Below, piece after piece: positions 40,435 through 49,500 of a stretch of 64,000 bases of DNA. Every line of letters starts with the position of its first letter. Position 1 is the stretch's first letter. Both the position numbers and the translations under genes were made by a program. Under the pieces are notes generated by a model. It saw only the letters and a list, made by a program, of their open reading frames with translations. It was not told where the DNA came from and searched no databases. Source of the DNA: an uncultured Bacteroidales bacterium (GTDB lineage: Bacteria > Bacteroidota > Bacteroidia > Bacteroidales > VadinHA17); NCBI GenBank assembly GCA_963806555.1, contig CAWDYR010000011.1, positions 2,424-66,423 on the forward strand, read 5' to 3'.

Positions 40435-42114
40435 TTACCTTAAATCGACTTTAGCAGTAGCAGTTCCTGTATTTGCAGCTCCTGCAGTTATTATTACCGG
40501 GCCTTTACCCGAGATGAGCCAGCTGAATTCAGCTGTTTCATCCCCCTGAAGCCTTTGCACCCTCTGTACCTTAAGCCCGCTGAGGATAGACTGGCCTTTT
40601 CCCTGATCAACAGTGATCCTCATGATCCGCGTCCAGATATTCTGATCGCCTGCTTCGGCACAGGTGGCAAAGATCCCCTTGTTGTGAACCTTGAGTGATA
40701 ACCTGAAAATATTTTCTCCGGCATCTTCTGTTTTAATGTCGAGTAATTCAAGTTCGGGATGCATTGAGGCAATTGAAGTTATGAACTTATAATGGGCTGT
40801 TATCAGATCTCCAAGGGTATCGGCAGGAGGATTCATCAGGACAAACGGTTTTAGGCCGCCTGCTTCTGCTTTTTTCCCGGCGAAATCAGGATGGCTGATT
40901 TCAGTCCAGGGGATGAAAATGTCATTTATCCCGTTTTTTTCTGCAAACTTTAAAAACGCTGCCTCCTGGTTTTTGCCCTTTTCCACAGGGAACCACCAGC
41001 CCGGTGTGCTGAAACTGTATCTTCCATAATGGAAATATGCCCACTCCATAAAATTCCCCGGGGCGGAAACTGAAGCCGGAGTTCCTTTTGCTCCTGTTAT
41101 TTCATGGTATTTTTCCGACACAAGCTTATTTAAAAGTTCATCGGATCCGAGGATGGAAGTAAACTTCCGCGACATACGCATACGTCCCTGGTCCGGCCCC
41201 TGAGCCTGCTGCGGCGCCTGGTCGGCACCCGGACGTTCGGTGCGTTCCTGTGATTTCATCGGCTGACCGAGGTTATCCTGAGGTCCGAAGGTAAAGAGAG
41301 CATAAATGTTAAACCTGTCGTAGAGAAAATCCAGAACTGCTTTAACTTCCGGTTCCGAAACAGGATACATACCTGAGCCTGCCCCGAATTCTTCATAGTT
41401 GTAGGTCAGGTTCCGGTTGAAGTTCACGCCGCCTTCTCCATCTTCATTCCATCTGCCGTCCTTGTCATTATCAATTCCTTCACTGTAAACCAGATATCCG
41501 CCGGTCTGGCCTTTTGAGAGATCTGCCCGGACCATGATCCTTTTATCCTCATCAGATTCAATATATGTGCCTGCGGGATCCTGAATGCGAATAAGGGAAA
41601 TGTAACCATCCTTATTCAGGTCTTCGCAGGGGTCCTCACCAAAGGTGAAATCCCTGTCATCATCAGTTGACCGGGAGTTGATATTCCTTTCATATTTCAA
41701 AGCAGTAAAATAAGTTTCAGAGGCATCAGGACTAACATCGGGCAGGATATAAAATGTTATTTTATTGAGAAGCTCTTTTATCCCGGCTTCAGTGGAGTTT
41801 TCAAGGAGGTTAACTGCAAATCCTGCTGCCAGTTCCCTGCCAAGGATGTAACTGCCTTCAACCCCTCCCACAACAGCCACCGCCGGTTTATTTTCAGTTT
41901 CACCGGTTCCGACAGTTACAAGCCAGATATCTTTTCCTCCTGCAGTTCTGGCAAGGGATCTGACGGCGCACATCCCGGGATATCTGGTTACGAGAGATTT
42001 CAATTTCGCCGTAAGCTGTTGATGATCGGAGTATTGAGCCTGGCCGGAAGCCATAGAAGTACAAACCAGGGCTGATAGTGCCGTGATAATTAGTTTCAAC
42101 TTTATTTTCATCAC
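40435..42114 (-). CDS. M14 carboxypeptidase homolog lacking zinc ligands
   Basis: Same layout (VSPD, NFNRN, SEPE, DNDKDG), but GGVEGSY replaces HxxE and TFGP replaces the His site. Confidence 0.8.
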   Translation of the reverse strand: MMKIKLKLIITALSALVCTSMASGQAQYSDHQQLTAKLKSLVTRYPGMCAVRSLARTAGGKDIWLVTVGTGETENKPAVAVVGGVEGSYILGRELAAGFAVNLLENSTEAGIKELLNKITFYILPDVSPDASETYFTALKYERNINSRSTDDDRDFTFGEDPCEDLNKDGYISLIRIQDPAGTYIESDEDKRIMVRADLSKGQTGGYLVYSEGIDNDKDGRWNEDGEGGVNFNRNLTYNYEEFGAGSGMYPVSEPEVKAVLDFLYDRFNIYALFTFGPQDNLGQPMKSQERTERPGADQAPQQAQGPDQGRMRMSRKFTSILGSDELLNKLVSEKYHEITGAKGTPASVSAPGNFMEWAYFHYGRYSFSTPGWWFPVEKGKNQEAAFLKFAEKNGINDIFIPWTEISHPDFAGKKAEAGGLKPFVLMNPPADTLGDLITAHYKFITSIASMHPELELLDIKTEDAGENIFRLSLKVHNKGIFATCAEAGDQNIWTRIMRITVDQGKGQSILSGLKVQRVQRLQGDETAEFSWLISGKGPVIITAGAANTGTATAKVDLR

Positions 42115-42250
42115 CTGTATTATTTGTTTCTAAGAGAGAGGATTTTCTATTAATTACATTCAAAAATAGCAGATATTAATTTATTTCCAACACCTAAACC
42201 TTTTCTCCTGTTATGTGTTAAATTTGTAATCTGATACAAAATACCAGTAA

Positions 42251-43114
42251 ATGAAACTATTATTCTACTTTCTTCTGTCTGTTTTTATTATTTCATGCGG
42301 AAGAAAAGCGAATGACCAGGGAAGCGGAATAATCACTGTCAGCATACCTCCCTTTAAATATTTTGTTGAAGAGATCGCAGGCGATAATTTTAAAGTGAAT
42401 GTTATGGTTCCTCCCGGGGCCAACCCGCATATTTATGAACCGTCACCCGATCAGATAAATAAGCTCAGCAGGTCAGTGGCATACATAAGCAATGGTTACC
42501 TGGGTTTTGAGTCGACATGGCTTGGCAGGTTCAATGAGATAAACAGGGACATGAAGAGGCTTTCGCTTGGTGAAAGTATCGAACCGATCTTTTCTGAACA
42601 TCATCATGAGGGAGATCATGGAGAAGGCGCTGATCCGCACTATTGGGTTTCACCTGCATGTGCTCTTAAAATGGCGTTATCCGTCAGAGACCTGGTGATC
42701 GGTCTCGATCCGGGGAACAGGCAGTTGTATGAGGCGAATTATGATTCTCTTTCTGAAAAAATAGCTGTTGTCGATTTTAAGGCGAAAGAACTCTCTCTTT
42801 CCGGACAAAAAAAAGCCTTCATGATCTACCATCCCAATCTGGCATACCTTGCACGCGACTACGGGCTTGAGGAAATAAGTGTTGAATATGAAGGCAAGGA
42901 GCCATCGCCTTTACGATTGAAAGAGCTTATCGACCGGTCAAGAAAAGAGAACCTGAAGGTGATTCTGGTCCAGCGGGAGTATGATACCAAAAATGCAAAA
43001 GTTATCGCGAACGAGACATCTTCGGAAATAGAAATAATTGATCCTTTATCGGAGAACTGGTTTGCCTCGACAAACGAGATCATAGATATTCTTAAGAAAA
43101 GCTTTGAAAATTAA
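42251..43114 (+). CDS. znuA: Zn/Mn ABC transporter substrate-binding lipoprotein
   Basis: Lipobox IISC, NPHIYEP, His-rich loop, DPHYW and YHP motifs. Confidence 0.88.
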   Translation: MKLLFYFLLSVFIISCGRKANDQGSGIITVSIPPFKYFVEEIAGDNFKVNVMVPPGANPHIYEPSPDQINKLSRSVAYISNGYLGFESTWLGRFNEINRDMKRLSLGESIEPIFSEHHHEGDHGEGADPHYWVSPACALKMALSVRDLVIGLDPGNRQLYEANYDSLSEKIAVVDFKAKELSLSGQKKAFMIYHPNLAYLARDYGLEEISVEYEGKEPSPLRLKELIDRSRKENLKVILVQREYDTKNAKVIANETSSEIEIIDPLSENWFASTNEIIDILKKSFEN

Positions 43115-43128
43115 TCTGAAATAAAAAT

Positions 43129-43875
43129 ATGGGAGCCTGCCTTCTTGAAATGGAGAATTTATCAGCTTCCTACGGCATAAATATTGTCCTTCAGGATGTT
43201 GACTTCAGGGTTTACGAAAATGATTTTATAGGGGTGATCGGCCCGAACGGAGGGGGTAAAACTACGTTGTTAAGAGTTATTCTCGGACTGGTAAAACCGC
43301 TCAGGGGTAAGCTTACATTCAACCAGGACCTGATGAATGGCAGCAAGATCGGGTATCTGCCGCAGATATCAACAGGTGACAATAGTTACCCGGTTACCGT
43401 CCGCGATGTAGTGTTATCGGGCTTAATGATAGGTAAGGGATTGATATCCAGAATGTCTGCTTCGGATAAGAAAAAAGCCGGAGGGGTTATTGATGAACTC
43501 GGGCTTTCCGATCTTTCTGATTCCCCGCTAAATGAACTGTCGGGTGGTCAGCTTCAGAGAGTGTTGCTGGGACGCGCAGTGATCGGCAATCCAAAGATCC
43601 TGCTACTTGATGAGCCCGGCAACTTTGTGGATGCCAATTTCGAAAAGGATTTTTACGAGAAGTTAATTGTGTTGAATAAAAGGATGGCTATTCTCATGGT
43701 TTCACATGATATCGGCACAATTTCAGCACATATTAAATCATTTGCATGCGTAAACCGTTTTCTTCATTATCATCCCTCGCCTGAGATAACGAATGAACAG
43801 CTTCTGGCCTATGATTGCCCAATACAACTGATCACTCACGGGGTAGTGCCTCATACTGTCCTTAAAAACCATTGA
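43129..43875 (+). CDS. znuC: Metal ABC transporter ATP-binding protein
   Basis: GPNGGGKTT, GYLPQ, LSGGQ, LLDEP and VSHD motifs. Confidence 0.88.
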   Translation: MGACLLEMENLSASYGINIVLQDVDFRVYENDFIGVIGPNGGGKTTLLRVILGLVKPLRGKLTFNQDLMNGSKIGYLPQISTGDNSYPVTVRDVVLSGLMIGKGLISRMSASDKKKAGGVIDELGLSDLSDSPLNELSGGQLQRVLLGRAVIGNPKILLLDEPGNFVDANFEKDFYEKLIVLNKRMAILMVSHDIGTISAHIKSFACVNRFLHYHPSPEITNEQLLAYDCPIQLITHGVVPHTVLKNH

Positions 43876-43878
43876 TCT

Positions 43879-44703
43879 GTGGAAGGAAACATTTTCCAAT
43901 ATGAATTCATATTCAAGGGGCTTCTTGGAGCAATCTTTGCAAGCATCACAGCAGGTCTGGCAGGCACATATATTGTCTCAAAAAGGCTTGTTTTCCTTAG
44001 CGGTGGTATCTCTCACGCATCATTCGGAGGGATCGGGATCGGCTATTTTTCAGGGATCAGCCCTGTCGTCGGGGCAGCAGTTTTCAGCATCCTGTCGGCG
44101 CTCGGTGTGGAATACCTTTCAGTTACACAGAGAATAAGGGAGGACTCGGCGATTGGCATCCTGTGGGCATTCGGGATGGCCACAGGGATTATTTTTATCT
44201 ATCTCACCCCGGGCTACACCCCGGACCTCATGAGTTACCTTTTCGGGAGTATCCTTACTGTTACTTATACTGATATAATTGCTCTGGGTATAATGTCGGT
44301 ACTTCTGATCCTCTATTTTGGGATCTTCTACCGGACCATTCTTTATATTTCATTTGATGAGGTGTTTGCAAGAACCTATTCTCCCTATGTAAATGTTTTC
44401 AAATATATAACCACCGCCCTTATTGCCCTGACAATCGTGTTGAACATAAGGATGGCGGGGGTTGTACTTGTGATTTCATTATTGACCATCCCCCCGAACA
44501 TAGCAATGCTTTTTACGAAGGTCTACTTTAAGATTGTTATTCTGTCGGTTTTAGCCGGCTTTGCGGGAACTGCAGCAGGGTACGCCATTTCGTATTTTGT
44601 AGGGATCCCGGTGGGAGCAACGATCATATTTACCCTTGTGGTAATGTGGGTAATATGTAAAGGGATAAGCAGTCTGAGGTTGATGTTGAAATCTGAAAAA
44701 TGA
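43879..44703 (+). CDS. znuB: Metal ABC transporter permease
   Basis: ISHASFGG, REDSAIG, YLFGSIL and SFDE motifs. Confidence 0.88.
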   Translation: MEGNIFQYEFIFKGLLGAIFASITAGLAGTYIVSKRLVFLSGGISHASFGGIGIGYFSGISPVVGAAVFSILSALGVEYLSVTQRIREDSAIGILWAFGMATGIIFIYLTPGYTPDLMSYLFGSILTVTYTDIIALGIMSVLLILYFGIFYRTILYISFDEVFARTYSPYVNVFKYITTALIALTIVLNIRMAGVVLVISLLTIPPNIAMLFTKVYFKIVILSVLAGFAGTAAGYAISYFVGIPVGATIIFTLVVMWVICKGISSLRLMLKSEK

Positions 44704-44731
44704 ATCGATATTAATTTAAATAATTAACACA

Positions 44732-46123
44732 ATGGATTACGACCTTATTGTAATTGGAAGCGGCCCCGGTGGTTACGAGGCCGCAATCAGGGCATCGCAG
44801 CTTAAAATGAAGGTTGCCGTCGTTGAAAAAGCTGAGATCGGCGGAATCTGTCTGAACTGGGGATGCATCCCGACCAAATCGCTACTGAAAAGCTCACAGA
44901 TCCTGGAATATCTGAATCATGCATCGGACTATGGGATCAAAGTATCGGGCGAGATCAAACCCGATTTTGCAGCCATTGTTGCACGTAGCAGAAGTGTTGC
45001 CGACAGTATGAGCAAGGGAGTCCAGTTCCTTTTCAGAAAAAACAATATTGAGACTATCACCGGTCATGGACGCCTGGCCGGGGCCACTACAGTTGAGGTT
45101 GAAGGCAGTGGAGGTGAGGTTAAAACCTATTCGGCCGGAAATATTATTCTGGCAACGGGCGCAAGGTCGAAGGAGCTGCCGAATCTCAGACAGGATGGGA
45201 AAAGAATAATTGGATACAGGGAGGCAATGACACTCGAAAAACAACCAGAGTCAATGGTGGTCGTAGGATCAGGAGCGATAGGAAGCGAGTTTGCGAATTT
45301 CTACCAGTCGCTCGGAACCAGTGTGACACTTGTTGAATTTCTTCCAAGGATAGTACCCAACGAAGACGAAGAGGTCTCGAAACTGCTTGAAAGAGTCTTT
45401 AAGAAACTAAAAATGAGGGTACTTACTGATTCGACAGTTGAATCGGCTGAAGTCAATGGAGAAAAATGCAAAGTAACGATCCGAACGCCGAAGGGAGAGG
45501 AAATCGTTGAAACTGATATTGTGCTCTCTGCGGTCGGAATCACAACCAACCTTGAAGGGATAGGGCTGGAAAAGGCAGGAGTAAAGACTGAAAAGGGCAA
45601 AGTTGTTGTTGATGATTATTATATGACCAGTGTTCAGGGGATTTTTGCAATCGGAGATATAGTTCATGGACCGGCGCTTGCCCATGTTGCCTCGGCTGAA
45701 GGTATTATATGCGTCGAGAAGCTTGCCGGACTCGAACCGGAACCGCTCGACTACGGGAATATCCCATCGTGTACATATACCAGTCCGGAGATAGCTTCAT
45801 GTGGTCTTACCGAGAGCGCAGCAAAGGAGGCGGGGTTTGATATAAAGGTCGGGAAGTTCCCATTTGCTGCCTCCGGCAGGGCACGTGCATCAGGATCAAG
45901 AGAGGGCTTTGTTAAGCTTATATTTGACTCAGCCTACGGTGAACTCCTGGGCGCACATATGATCGGGGACAACGTAACGGAGCTGATCTCCGAAATAATT
46001 GTCGCCAGAAAACTTGAAACAACCGGGCACGAAATAATGAAGGCCGTTCATCCGCATCCCACAATGTCTGAAGCAATTATGGAAGCGGCTGCCAACGCAT
46101 TCGGAGAAGCTATAAACCTATAA
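44732..46123 (+). CDS. lpdA: Dihydrolipoyl dehydrogenase
   Basis: GSGPGG, GGICLNWGCIPTK, GSGAIG and HPHPTMSE motifs. Confidence 0.96.
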   Translation: MDYDLIVIGSGPGGYEAAIRASQLKMKVAVVEKAEIGGICLNWGCIPTKSLLKSSQILEYLNHASDYGIKVSGEIKPDFAAIVARSRSVADSMSKGVQFLFRKNNIETITGHGRLAGATTVEVEGSGGEVKTYSAGNIILATGARSKELPNLRQDGKRIIGYREAMTLEKQPESMVVVGSGAIGSEFANFYQSLGTSVTLVEFLPRIVPNEDEEVSKLLERVFKKLKMRVLTDSTVESAEVNGEKCKVTIRTPKGEEIVETDIVLSAVGITTNLEGIGLEKAGVKTEKGKVVVDDYYMTSVQGIFAIGDIVHGPALAHVASAEGIICVEKLAGLEPEPLDYGNIPSCTYTSPEIASCGLTESAAKEAGFDIKVGKFPFAASGRARASGSREGFVKLIFDSAYGELLGAHMIGDNVTELISEIIVARKLETTGHEIMKAVHPHPTMSEAIMEAAANAFGEAINL

Positions 46124-46135
46124 TTCCATTAGAAC

Positions 46136-46161
46136 GCAACCTTTTACGGTGTTTTTGCATC
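46136..46161 (+). promoter_or_regulatory. Candidate autoregulatory ECF promoter
   Basis: GCAACC-N16-CATC upstream of the ECF sigma gene. Confidence 0.5.
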
Positions 46162-46233
46162 AATATTTAATAAAATACTGTTGGATAAGACAATTTTTAT
46201 TTATTTTTATATTCAAATAATAGGTAACCCGAT

Positions 46234-46794
46234 TTGCCTGATATAAAAAACATAATTAAAGGTTGTCTTGCTGGTAACAGAAGAGATCAGGAACTTCTTT
46301 ACAGAAGGCATGCCGCGAGGTTATATGCTGTCAGCCTTCAGTATTCAGGTAATGACGAGGAGGCTAGGGACATTTTACAGGATGGCTTTATCAAGATTTT
46401 TGAAAACCTCATTCATTACAAGCATGAAGGTTCTTTTGAAGGATGGATGCGCAAGATAGTTGTAAACACAGCGCTGGAGAAGTTTCGAAGCAGGCATAGC
46501 CTGTACAGGGTTGATGACATTGATCTTATACCCGAGCCTGAGGCAAACCCGGATAACACCGACTATACAGGCCTGGAAGCTGTTGATCTGCTCGATATCA
46601 TCAGGGAGCTGCCCCCCAAGTACAGAATGGTTTTCAACCTGTATGCAATTGAGGGTTACTCCCACAAGGAGATAGGTCAGATGATTAATATTTCTGAAGG
46701 CACTTCAAAATCAAACCTTTCGCGTGCAAGGATCATCCTTCAGAAAAAAGTGAGTTTATATACCGGACTAAAGAAAAATGTGGTCATTGGTTAA
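46234..46794 (+). CDS. ECF sigma-70 factor
   Basis: DILQDGFIKIF, GSFEGWMRKIVVN and LYAIEGYSHKEI...ISEGTSKSNLSRAR motifs. TTG start. Confidence 0.93.
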   Translation: MPDIKNIIKGCLAGNRRDQELLYRRHAARLYAVSLQYSGNDEEARDILQDGFIKIFENLIHYKHEGSFEGWMRKIVVNTALEKFRSRHSLYRVDDIDLIPEPEANPDNTDYTGLEAVDLLDIIRELPPKYRMVFNLYAIEGYSHKEIGQMINISEGTSKSNLSRARIILQKKVSLYTGLKKNVVIG

Positions 46795-48097
46795 CAAGGA
46801 AGCAAATATTGATCTTCTGTTCAGGAACGGTCTTAAAGATCTGGAAGTTCTTCCTCCGGCTCAGTGCTGGGGTACTGTTCTTCCTGTGATCAGGAAAAGG
46901 CAGAGGCCAATCATATTCCTCAGGAGCGCCGCCCTTGTTGCTGTTCTTCTTTCGGTTGCTTTCCTTGCTTACAGATGGAGCCGTGAATTAGGCTCTATTG
47001 TTCAGAACCCTCAGCTCGCCATTGGAGAAGAATCGGTTAAGTATCAGAATAATTTCGGAAACCCGGCTACCTCACGTTTTCCACTGATAGTCCCCCAGTC
47101 TGATGATTCAGGCAGTAATGTCCTGACCGGTCAGGATGATACCGTTTCATTTCCCGGCGATCAGAAAACTGTTTCAGCTGATGAGGAACTTTTCCGGGAA
47201 TACATGCCCGTCAGCGTTGACAAAGGATTTCTGCTTCCCTATGGTATACAGGCGCTTACTGCTTACAGAGGCGGCAACTTTTACGTAGATGTCCCTGAGG
47301 TCCTGGATGAATTTTCTTACCAGGAAAAGATTAAGGTTGACAGATGGTCGGTTATGGCAATGGCTTCACCAACCTATTACCTGAATCCGGTATCCGGAAG
47401 CGATGAACTTTCAAACCAGCTAAACTCCTCGGAACAATCACAGATCTCCTACTCAGGAGGTGTCGGTTTCGCATATAAAATAAGCCGTAAATTAAGTATT
47501 CAATCGGGCCTTTACTACTCTTCTGTCGGACAGCAGGTAAACGGCATCAACTCTTTCGGGGGATTCCGTCCATACGATTTTACAAAAGGTGGCGATAATT
47601 TCAAAGTTCTGACTTCCAACGGATTGATATCTACCAGTAACGCCGATGTATTCCTTCTCGACGCGACCGGCGATCGCGTCCAGACACGATATACAAGAGA
47701 TGTTTTTGACCCGGCAAAAGCAAGCCTATCCTATATCAGCAGTTCGCTCTACCAGAACTTTAGTTATATTGAAATGCCTGTTATCCTGCGTTATAAGGTA
47801 ATTGACAAAACGTTCGACTTTAACCTGATCGGAGGTTTATCTTATAATCTTCTTGTTAATAATACGGTTCATACAACAATTGACGGAAGCAGATACCAGG
47901 TAGGTTCGACCGAATTAAATCCATTCATGCTGAGCAGCTCCCTTGGAATGGGCATGGAATATAACCTCTCCGAGAAATTTTCGCTTAACCTGGAACCTAC
48001 ATTCAGATATTACCTCAATCCTTTCGGCTCAGTACCGGGAGTAAGAGTGCATCCCTACTCATTTGGCATATTCTCCGGACTGTCATTTAAATTCTGA
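46778..48097 (+). CDS. Anti-sigma factor with TM helix and C-terminal outer-membrane beta-barrel (Dma-like)
   Basis: N-terminal IDLLFRNGL..LEVLPP..W, one TM helix, a long low-complexity linker, then a porin-type barrel (YIEMPV, EPTFRYY, terminal LSFKF). The start may be TTG at 46787. Confidence 0.8.
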   Translation: MWSLVNKEANIDLLFRNGLKDLEVLPPAQCWGTVLPVIRKRQRPIIFLRSAALVAVLLSVAFLAYRWSRELGSIVQNPQLAIGEESVKYQNNFGNPATSRFPLIVPQSDDSGSNVLTGQDDTVSFPGDQKTVSADEELFREYMPVSVDKGFLLPYGIQALTAYRGGNFYVDVPEVLDEFSYQEKIKVDRWSVMAMASPTYYLNPVSGSDELSNQLNSSEQSQISYSGGVGFAYKISRKLSIQSGLYYSSVGQQVNGINSFGGFRPYDFTKGGDNFKVLTSNGLISTSNADVFLLDATGDRVQTRYTRDVFDPAKASLSYISSSLYQNFSYIEMPVILRYKVIDKTFDFNLIGGLSYNLLVNNTVHTTIDGSRYQVGSTELNPFMLSSSLGMGMEYNLSEKFSLNLEPTFRYYLNPFGSVPGVRVHPYSFGIFSGLSFKF

Positions 48098-48149
48098 TCC
48101 CCCTCACCGTCTGCCCAGAGGGCTGTTGAAAAAATTTAAATCCATTAAC

Positions 48150-48169
48150 CCTGCCTACCGGCAGGCAGG
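48150..48169. repeat. 20-bp palindrome inserted in a REP-like motif
   Basis: CCTGCCTACCGGCAGGCAGG inside TTAAC^CGCAAAGAT. The uninterrupted motif is at 5044-5057. Confidence 0.65.
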
Positions 48170-48230
48170 CGCAAAGATCCATTAATGGTTCCATAAAGTT
48201 CGAACCTAACCCCGACCCTTCCCCTTAAGA

Positions 48231-48441
48231 CTCTGTGCCGTCTCCGTGGAGCATAACTGAGTTCAGGTAAGGCTCTCCCACCGAGCTTTCAAGAATTGGA
48301 GAGGTGCAGGTTGCAGCGGGGAATGTAGACAGAAACCCTCCTCAGCCTTAAGGGCAGGGATTGGGAGGGTTCAGGGGTCGCGAAGGGACTGGGTAAGTTC
48401 TTAATAGTTTCAGGGATTGGGGCCGACTTCACTTCTTTTTT
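48231..48441 (+). ncRNA. Structured non-coding segment, candidate IS110 left end / bridge-RNA remnant
   Basis: Nested stems with G-U pairs on the + strand (48301-48313 with 48424-48435, 48334-48341 with 48364-48371), a U-tract at the end, and no transposase ORF downstream. Confidence 0.45.
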
Positions 48442-48483
48442 ATATTAACGATGCATCAACTTATTTATAAGATGCAAAAACAT

Positions 48484-48491
48484 TAACTTTG
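48484..48491 (+). promoter_or_regulatory. Sigma-A -7 element for the slt-uvrA operon
   Basis: TAACTTTG 28 bp upstream of ATG 48520. Confidence 0.6.
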
Positions 48492-48519
48492 CATTTTATT
48501 TTAAAACTGTTATTTAATT

Positions 48520-49500
48520 ATGTTGAAATCAAACCGTAAATCTGTAATTGCAGGAGTTGCACTGATATCACTTATAGTTATGATAACTATTATAAATCAG
48601 AGCTTTAAGGAAATTGGCAAGAGCAGCGGAAGATTTACACCTGTTGATTCGGTTTATTTTAACAAGCCTTATAAGCTTCCTGAGAATATAATTTTTGCAG
48701 GTGAAAGAATGCCTCTTGAGAATTTTGACACCCGCGAAAGTCTTGACAGGGAAATACTGATAAGCTCATACCGTCATTCATCTACAATTCTTATAATAAA
48801 AAGGGCATCCAGGTATCTGCCGGTAATAGAAAAAATTCTCGCTAAATACAATATTCCGGATGATTTTAAATACCTGGCAGCAGCTGAGAGTGAATACAGC
48901 AATATGATTTCCCCTGCCGGAGCAACAGGTTTCTGGCAGATAATGGCAGGAACAGGCAGGGAAGAAGGGATGGAGATAAATAGTATAGTCGATGAGCGAT
49001 ATGACGTTGAGAAATCGACTGAGTTTGCCTGCATGTATTTTTTGAAATCGTATGGAAAATACCAGAACTGGACGCTGGCAGCTGCATCATATAATGGCGG
49101 GCGGTTTGCAATTGAAGAGCAGATGAGGATACAAAAGGAAAGTAATTACTATAATCTTCTTCTGAGTGAAGAAACAGCCAGATATATTTTCAGGGCTGTA
49201 GCATATAAACTGGTCCTGACCGATCCGGAGAACTATGGTTTCACACTTGATAAAAGTGACCTTTATCCTCCGGTGGATTGCTTTGATGTGAAGGTTGATA
49301 CTTCAATTGCTGATTTTTCTGTTTTTGCGAAGAAGTATGGAACAAACTACAAGATGTTGAAATTTTTAAATCCATGGCTCAGAAAACCATATTTAACCCC
49401 GAAACCGGGTAAAGAATACTTTATTAAAATTCCTGCACTTGGCACGCGTTCCAACGAAAAACTCGATATGTCACTTGATGGTCTGAAGTCTGAGGAATGA
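48520..49500 (+). CDS. Lytic transglycosylase (SLT domain, MltD-like)
   Basis: [30 protein letters not shown] and LNPWL motifs. Confidence 0.9.
   Translation: MLKSNRKSVIAGVALISLIVMITIINQSFKEIGKSSGRFTPVDSVYFNKPYKLPENIIFAGERMPLENFDTRESLDREILISSYRHSSTILIIKRASRYLPVIEKILAKYNIPDDFKYLAAAESEYSNMISPAGATGFWQIMAGTGREEGMEINSIVDERYDVEKSTEFACMYFLKSYGKYQNWTLAAASYNGGRFAIEEQMRIQKESNYYNLLLSEETARYIFRAVAYKLVLTDPENYGFTLDKSDLYPPVDCFDVKVDTSIADFSVFAKKYGTNYKMLKFLNPWLRKPYLTPKPGKEYFIKIPALGTRSNEKLDMSLDGLKSEE

Noticed and set aside
48118-48135. GGCTGTTGAAAAA as an IS terminal repeat
   Set aside because: It resembles some IS ends, but there is no partner end or transposase, and it is too short to call.
48419-48428. tmRNA 5' end (GGGGCCGACT)
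   Set aside because: The match is only about 10 nt, with no following GGTTTTGAC, tag ORF or 3' tRNA-like end.
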